DNA of 64,000 nucleotides from Takakia lepidozioides. Its lineage: Eukaryota; Plantae; Bryophyta. How positions within the stretch are numbered: the stretch's first letter is position 1; each line of letters starts with the position of its first letter. The stretch covers positions 88,288,001 through 88,352,000 of the forward strand of contig CM060731.1 of the NCBI GenBank assembly GCA_030704615.1, given 5' to 3'. This document shows positions 56,910 to 64,000 of the stretch, in pieces. A model generated the notes under the pieces. That model saw only the letters and a list, made by a program, of their open reading frames with translations, was not told the origin of the DNA and did not search any database. A program made the position numbers and the translations under genes.

Positions 56910-58583
56910 ATCTCAGTGTCCATTAAGCTGGTAGCTCATAGACGAGAGCTGTGCTAAGGACTCTTACTGTCCTTAGAACCCATTTTGTACAGTCCTGCAA
57001 GTGCGCAAGGCCGAGACAGTTAATCGTATCGATAATGTCCCGGAATGTGGTCTGTACTCTCTTGTGAACAAACCTATATTTACTTGCCAATATTGTTTCT
57101 GACATGTGAAGAGAGGATCGTTTTTATGTACGGGAAGTAGACGTGAATGTGTGCATGCCTTTTTTGGCACATCTGCATGCTTTCCAGGAACAAAGACCAA
57201 TGGAATGGGGGGTGTCTCCAAAGGAGCAGGACCGGATGACACCTTTTCATGCTTCCTTTGCTTTCCTTCTCACCATTGCTGCATTCTCCCACCTGCCCAG
57301 CAGCAACACTCTCGAAGCAATAACATGACATATGTTGCAGCATGGTCTTCTTCACCAGTGAAGGAGCTTTTTTGCTACATGTACTGCCACGTCTACATTA
57401 ACATTGATCCCTGCAAGCACTTGGCAAGAACCCCCAGAGCCGCAAATCTAGCAACCACCACAAACACATCTAACTGATTGTAGTGACACGAGAATAGCTC
57501 ACTTGCAGAGGAATTGAACCTCCAGCCAAATGAATGGCTCTGCCCCTTGCAGCACAAGTGCGATGCAAAAACAAGGTGAGTACCAAATGAAGAAGCACTT
57601 ACGAGGTCCCCATCCCTCAGATGGGCTCCCACTTCTGCGGAGGAACTGTGCAGGCCTGACCAGCACCAAATTGCATGAATCCTAAGCCTGAATGTCAAAT
57701 GCAGGTTTATGTCGCGATGCAGCACGCCATCATATTCAAATCTGCATTCCCAGTACATTTCTTGGATGCATCTGGATCCAAACTCTATCTCTGCACCTTC
57801 AGCTATCCATGCTTTGCAGAAATCATGCATACATGCTTGCCTTGGTGCTTGCAGCTGACAATGACTGCCTTCATTTGTTCTAGGAAAAACCCAATTCAGA
57901 CTCATCACACTAGTTCCTATGCTCAATGGATATGTGTTACTCTCTGTATTTCAACGTGCATTCACCTTTTTGCCTCGGTTGACCCACCGTTGCCTGCCAG
58001 GGTCAGAAAAGCAGTCATTCCCCAGCTTTGACGACGTCTGTGTTACCTGTTTCCCCTCACTTTCCTGTTGTCACATTGGCATCATCACTTCAAAGTCACT
58101 CCAAACTATCAAAGATTAACTGAAGTAGCAAACTTGCAGAATTGAACATGAAATTTTAGGGCCAATTTTGATAAGAGGGGAAAAGCGCCTGAAATGTGTT
58201 GAACGCGGTGCCTTCATTAGCAGTGCCTGATTTCCAGATATGAGCCGGCTGCTGTTGCGCTTCCACTTGACCATCTACCCATGCAGGTTTGTTGCCACTA
58301 TTGATCCACAGGGAATCACAGATAATCTTGTGCTTGAAATTTGGCCCTCTTGGATGAATGTGGACCCACACTCCATCCCTGCTCCTTCAGGTATCACTGC
58401 CTCTGCAGAAAAGATGCATACATCCTTGCCTTGCAGCTGATAATGGTAGCCTAGATTTGTTCTAGGAAACACCGAACACAACTTATCACACTAGTTCCTA
58501 TGTTGTCTTGCATCTGGTACTCTCTGCAATCCAACAGGCATACACCATTGCCTCGATTGTCCCACTATTGGGGGTTGCTATTC

Positions 58584-58790
58584 CATGAGCTCATGAGCGG
58601 TGAGCTCATGAGCTCATGAGTGGGCATGGCTCACCCATGAGCCGCAAAGTAACACACTTCGAATTTCGGCAGATTTTTTTCGGGCCAAAAACTATAAAAT
58701 AATTGAAAATCGAAGATTTCTGCGCTCATGCTAGAAGCACTCCGCTCATGAGTACCAGTGTACGCTCATGACTTGGAGCCCAGGCTCATG
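58584..58790. repeat. (CTCATGAG)-type palindromic short-repeat cluster
   Basis: catgagctcatgagcggtgagctcatgagctcatgag...; a related (gctcatg)n run lies at 63643-63700. Confidence 0.8.
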
Positions 58791-58830
58791 GACCGCCAGG
58801 CCAGATCATAGAAAAACTGAATTCTGGGCA

Positions 58831-59322
58831 ATAACGACACCGAAATTATCCTAGAGGCAGAGACGCAAGCGGAATTAGGATCCGGGTTTGCAGACTCCGA
58901 AAACGCAATGACGACCTATAACCGTGGATAGTACTGTTGCAGAAGTGCAGGATGGTTGGGTATAACGGCGCCGTAATTGGGCACAGGAAAAGAAATAGCC
59001 AGCTGAAGGCTCGGGAGTGAAGCCAACAACGATGAAAGTAATTGGGCTCCGCCAACCAAATACCCGGCTGCATCCTCCGGAATGCAGGTGATAACGGCGC
59101 CGAAATGGGCCCCGGAAACCAAATACTCGGCTGAAGCCACCGGAGTGCAGCCGATAACGACGCCGAAATTGGGTCCGGAAACCAAATACCCGGCTGAAGG
59201 CTGGGGATTGCAACCAATAACGGCGCCGAAATTGACCTGCGGAAACAAAATTCTCGGCTGAAGCTTCCGCACTCCATCCAATAACGGCGCCGAAATTGGG
59301 CTTCGGAGAGCAAATACCCGCC
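58831..59322. repeat. ~63-65 bp diverged tandem repeat, about 8 units
   Basis: ataacggcgccgaaattggg...aaatacccggctgaag units start at about 58831, 58962, 59091, 59154, 59217 and 59281. Confidence 0.85.
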
Positions 59323-59418
59323 TTACGGTGAGGGAGGCCTTGCTCTCATTTTGCTCTTCACTCTTCTCTGTTGTGCCCATCTCCTCCCTGCTTTGAGTTC
59401 GTGCTGTGTCGTGAGGCC

Positions 59419-59970
59419 ATGTCGTGCCCGAATCACATCTATCGACGCCAGACGGGAGTCATTTTCCCGAAAGCAGACGACATCATTGTCTTCCTGGATG
59501 TTTACAGGGACGATCCTCGACTTGTCCAGCTGAGAGCAATGGAGTTTCTTCCAGGATTGCACGATTCTCCTGGACCCCGGCTGGGGAGCAGGTGGTTCCT
59601 ACGCATCATGGACCTGGACTTTCCGCATGAGTGGGAGCCGAACAGATCACGCACAACGTTGCTGTATCGCTGGAATTGTTGCGCGTGGACGTATGATGAG
59701 TGCATAGGTGAAAACTTTACGCGTGGACGGACTGGCTCGGAAAGTGGGAACATTCTCTTCAGTTATGAGGATGAGGAGGAGGGGAACACAGGGCCCACTA
59801 TGAAAATGTCCTTCTACCAAGGGGGCGCTATCGATAAACACGACATCCTCGTTAGTTTCAACCGGGCGACAGAAACCACTGACATTTTGTTCAAATATAG
59901 GCACCCGGTCACTGAGGAGGTCCTTGAGAGGCCAGTTAGAGTTCCTTCTTCTTGGGTGAGGGGACCATAG
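59419..59970 (+). CDS. Hypothetical 183-aa protein, 'RWNCC' family paralog 1
   Basis: Intact ORF with GCCATGT start context. It aligns over its full length with 62697-63260. Confidence 0.7.
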   Translation: MSCPNHIYRRQTGVIFPKADDIIVFLDVYRDDPRLVQLRAMEFLPGLHDSPGPRLGSRWFLRIMDLDFPHEWEPNRSRTTLLYRWNCCAWTYDECIGENFTRGRTGSESGNILFSYEDEEEGNTGPTMKMSFYQGGAIDKHDILVSFNRATETTDILFKYRHPVTEEVLERPVRVPSSWVRGP

Positions 59971-60218
59971 GTAGACATGTTTCGACTCGCTGACACTCAT
60001 GGCACATACATTTTCATTCAGAAATCAAGCAGCTTCCCTGTGCCATATGGGGAATATACATGCTTGGATAATCTTCTGTTAAGGTTTTTTGCAATTCACT
60101 GCCAGTATGCTGGGACGTGTCCTTTGTCGTATGGATTGCTGTTTGCACAAGGTGCGGTATGCAAATGCTGGAATGTGCAGTAGGACCCTTCCCACTGGGA
60201 CACAGAACTAGCAATCTT

Positions 60219-61566
60219 GGCAAAAACACGCAGACAGGAATTGCGAAGTGGACCCGCAAGAGCGCCGTCCCAATTCTGAAGAAGAAGTGGACATGCATAA
60301 ACACATTGGGCCTTCGGTCGGAAGGGAAGAAGGTAATTACGACCTTGGCACTCGTCCTTTCATTTTCTTAGGAGTTTTGAAATGCGGTGCCGCATTCGAT
60401 TTCTAATCGTTCCCCACTGTGTATGCAGACAAAGCAGTTCGATGCATACTGCTTTGTGAAGGAGAACTCCACCTTTGTTTTCCGGAAGGAGGGATTGTTG
60501 GTTGACCCGACCTGCGACCCCATCGAATACGACGTCCTATTCAACAACGTTCCCACGGAACTTCTCCCTCATAGCCTCACTTCAACTGAACCCCTGCGGT
60601 ATTCACGCACTCGGAGCCCTGCCTTCATTCAGACAATTATGGAGACATGCACTGACGTGGAGGGCACAGTGCTCGACCTCGTCTGTGGGACAAGTATGCA
60701 GAATCTTGTTGTATGCTTTTCTGCAAACTCTCGTTATGCTTTCATTCGCAACATCTGAAGGGCCATGTCATAATGTGTGGATGGCATTGTAACAGGTGCC
60801 TCAATGTGGGTTGGGTGGTTTTCCGACCGGCACCTCTTTGCCTACGAGGAGGACACAGGCGTCTGGGGATACCATCTAGAAGGGCTGCAACGGAATGTGA
60901 AGGCTCCCATCGAAGTCAAAGACTCCTCGGATTCGTCGGAGTCGGAGGAAGAGACAGTGGACATTGATGCCGAGGAGAACCCGGAATACGAGTGAGTGCA
61001 AACATTGTAAGTTTGCAAAGCCTTCTGTGTGATTTTTTGTCAAACGCATATCCGGACTGTGGTTCTCATTGGTCTCGTTGGTGATTGTTATGTGCAGGAT
61101 TGGAGGATCCGGGTCGAAACATGTAGGGCCTACACTTCCTGCCAGGAAGAATGTCCCGTTCTTTGCGAAGGCCGACTTCATGACGAGCCCGGTGAAGGAC
61201 TACTCCCTTCCTAGTTATGCAGCTAAACTCGCAAATACAGCGATTAGACGATGTGAGAATCCCAGTAAAGTAGAGCAGATTTTGGAGAGGGCTAGGGAGG
61301 ACAGAAGGATAAGGAAAGAGTTGGCAACAGCTGAGGCAGGTAGACGGGTGCGAAAGTTCATATGTGATTCAGCGGATGAGAGCGATGCAGACACGGAGGA
61401 CGACGAGCCAACGGAGGTGAGATGGTCGGTTCCGCAAGGTGAAGATGGGATTTTCGAAAGCCTGGCCAACGACCAGTCCACTGGAGATGAGAAAGGCAAT
61501 GACGGGGTGGAGGCGGAGCAGGACAGTCAAGGACAGGACGACAGTAGTGATGATTTTCAAGATTAA
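60219..61566 (+). pseudogene. Spliced beta-class DNA methyltransferase-like gene, copy 2 (5'-truncated, lacks motif IV)
   Basis: Exons 60219-60332, 60429-60693, 60796-60991 and 61098-61566 splice in frame. It is a close inverted copy of 4650-6000. Confidence 0.75.
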
Positions 61567-61699
61567 TACAATTTTAATGAACTCTCTGTACATTTAAATT
61601 CAATTCCAGAGTATATAAAGGGAATTCTCCCCGTCCTTCATGTCCCCTCTCCCATGTGCTTCTAAACGACAACATCGTCCAAACTTGGTCCCTCCCAAA

Positions 61700-61905
61700 T
61701 CTGAAATGCGGCACCGCATTTCAATGTCTGAACGGAAATGTGGCAACTGCAAAAACCTCGTTTGGAAATGCGGCACCGCATTTCCGTTTCCGACACGGCA
61801 GTTTTGCCGATTGCCAGCTCCTTCCATGGATGTAAATCGAAATGCGGAGGTCGAACATGGAAATGCGGTGCCGCATTTACCTTTTGGAGATGGACATTTT
61901 TCCAA
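61700..61905. repeat. AAATGCGG(CA/TG)CCGCATTT palindrome cluster, copy 2
   Basis: Copies at ~61703, ~61763 and ~61859, plus one at 60380 inside an intron. Confidence 0.9.
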
Positions 61906-62140
61906 GTATATCGAGGTCAACAATTTTCAGGACCCACGGACCGCATTGACCCTCGCCCTCACCTCGCTCAAAGCGGTAATAGCCCTCCAGATACTCCATT
62001 GCGCGCAAAGACTCCCGCTTGATTCCAGATGCGTCTGTGAAAACTGAAAGCCAGACAATGATGTCTCCTGATTCTGGTTTGAACATAGCATAATCGTGGC
62101 CATGATAAGGGCAGTCAGCAGGATTTCGGCGGCACGGCAT
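61906..62140 (-). pseudogene. 'RWNCC' family paralog 2, 3'-truncated
   Basis: MPCRRNPADCPYHGHDYAMFKPESGDIIVW...LRAMEYLEG.Y.FERG...PWVLKIVDLD. It is cut where the MTase-copy flank begins. Confidence 0.75.
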
Positions 62141-62696
62141 CCCTGAAAAAGAGTAGCACAGTACGCTCAATGACAGCAGTTCCCGGATAGAGGAGGTAGC
62201 AGCGCGGTGGCTGGAAGAAATTCAAGCAAACGCTGCAATTCCTCACAAACACTCCAGGGCACATTTAAATTTCCCCCCGACAGGAACCTGCACGGATGAA
62301 GATTGGCTCATCCATGAATGTAACAGTTTCAATTTCCTTCCCTGCCATGCAAACTATGGGCAGTAAGTGCCAGGTGGGCCTATAGCCACTCGAGACGACG
62401 AAGTCCATCCCCCCTTCGATGTAAATGCGGCGCCAAATTTCCATCCGGGGGATGGACTTCGGTGGCAGATTTCAAACTATACCCCGTGGATGAGAAAGAG
62501 GTATCGGTTCATCCACCGCTGGCGTGTTGAACACGTTACACGATGATTGGTGGGTACTTGTGACCCAGATGGTCCATTATTGGAGCCCGCACTGCTCTTT
62601 CGCTTCTCATCATTTCGAAAATCTAAGGGCTTCGTTGTTGTCCACAAGGTCATTGTCATCGGCATCAAAGACGTCCTCAGGTCCTCCTTTGCAAGG

Positions 62697-63260
62697 ATGC
62701 CGTGCTTCCGGAACCGGGACAACTGCCCTTATGGAGGCATCGATTATGCAATGTATTCGGCCACATCGGGAGACATCGTTATCTGGTACACAGATTACAC
62801 AGAAGATACTGGTTCGAATGTGGAAACATTGTCCGCTTTTGAGTATCTCCCAGGCCAGTACGCCTTCGAGCGGGGTGACGATCTTGGTCTGAGGAGTCCG
62901 TGGCTCCTGCGCATCCTTGATTCCGATTTTCCCAGCTACGACGGGCACCCATGCAGAAGAATGCGCACTGCTATGCTGTTGCGCTGGAACTGCTGCCAGT
63001 GGACGTGGGTGGACTCCATCGGAGAGACTTATACTCCTGAAGGAGTGCGCTCATCTTCTCCATTGTATGGGGACATTCGCATTGGTGTGGACGGCGAAAA
63101 CGTGAAGCGTTCCATATTCGATGGTGGTATGATTGAAGGGCAGGACATTGTGGTGAACATCAACAGGGGTGGTACAACGGCTGCAATCCAGTTTACCTGG
63201 AGGAGCCCGAAGACTCATGAGCTAGTTCTCAGAGCAGTCGAAGTCCCATTGACAACGTGA
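62697..63260 (+). CDS. Hypothetical 187-aa protein, 'RWNCC' family paralog 3
   Basis: Intact ORF MPCFRNRDNCPYGGIDYAMY...LLRWNCCQWTW...; homologous to paralogs 1 and 2. Confidence 0.72.
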   Translation: MPCFRNRDNCPYGGIDYAMYSATSGDIVIWYTDYTEDTGSNVETLSAFEYLPGQYAFERGDDLGLRSPWLLRILDSDFPSYDGHPCRRMRTAMLLRWNCCQWTWVDSIGETYTPEGVRSSSPLYGDIRIGVDGENVKRSIFDGGMIEGQDIVVNINRGGTTAAIQFTWRSPKTHELVLRAVEVPLTT

Positions 63261-64000
63261 CTTGTATTCAGAAGGCACAGGGTTAAAGATTTGTTTGCAC
63301 AATCAGCACAGTAGACGTGCTTCAAATGCAATTCATGTGGATCAATAAAAACCCCATTGTGCCCTCTTTTTGTTCTATTCTGTATCCATCGTTCCCAAAA
63401 TGCGTCATTCCTCATTTCGTTTGGGATTGGGAGTGTGGGCGGATTTTGCAAGTGGCTGGTAGGCTGAAATGGGCCCCCATTGTACAGATCAGTACCACCC
63501 TACCATTCGCGAAACATTGCCTTTCAATATGTAATTCTAAAAAACATTGCCGAACCTCCTTCATCGGGAGGTCCTTCTCCCCCTATGACCGTGACACCCT
63601 AAACCCTATTCCCGCAGACACTCATTTCCGGAAAATAGTCCTGCTCATGTTTTTTTCGACACTTACGACTCTGCTCATGGCTCATGGCTCATGGCTCATG
63701 AAATGGCAGCCCCCATTCTGGACCTGTGGTTCGACGACTCGGTGGTTCGTGTTGTGGATGTCAACGCAGCAGCATAGCGCGGTAATGATCATTGTGGAGG
63801 GTGATTGGAGGGCACATGAACCGGGATATGGTAGTTCCACAGGTTTCTTATGCCGCAGTGGTATTTCTGATGATGGAAGCTCGGAGTAGTTGCTGTACAA
63901 AATAAAAACTTGTGGTTGCCTGATGTTTTTATTTCGAGCGTCATATCAATGTGGGCTTGATGTTGAGTTGAATGGGGTTTGCAAATTCAACTGTCGTCTG

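Noticed and set aside
58563-58567. CACTA terminal motif
   Set aside because: It lies inside the 590-bp duplicated segment (the paralog reads caccg), and I found no matching TAGTG end with a TSD.
58831-59322. CRISPR array, or a 21-aa repeat protein (ORF 58846-59313)
   Set aside because: Whole units are homologous, so there are no unique spacers. Unit length varies between 63 and 65 bp, so the frame is not conserved.

Overview
Eukaryotic, TE-rich window from a land plant. A non-seed plant such as a bryophyte, lycophyte or fern is likely, but that is inference. There are two 500-N gaps (6183-6682, 45683-46182). Two intact, convergent host genes sit in the middle: a 9-exon DUF1749/UPF0613 alpha/beta hydrolase (+, ~24476-35920, with a 7 kb LINE-filled intron) and an 8-exon plastid diaminopimelate decarboxylase (-, 41571-37224). 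The left flank is a nest of two related Ty3/Gypsy families carrying extra 5' and 3' ORFs, a SWIM-finger DNA-TE fragment with palindromic repeats, and a complete Ty1/Copia element (TSD GAAGT, half-tRNA-type PBS) inside a TIR element. The right flank has a MULE-like fragment, a deleted Gypsy, and a CACTA-like module (Tnp2 plus a divergent TnpA-like gene followed by an FCP1/NIF phosphatase domain). The most notable item is not visible in the ORF track: two inverted copies (4200-6182 minus, 60219-61905 plus) of a spliced gene that assembles into a bacterial-type beta-class N4C/N6A DNA methyltransferase fold. These copies are decorated with an AAATGCGG-CA/TG-CCGCATTT palindrome, and the right copy lies among three paralogs of an unrecognised ~185-aa 'RWNCC' protein family. 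All assignments come from reading motifs by eye; no searches were run.
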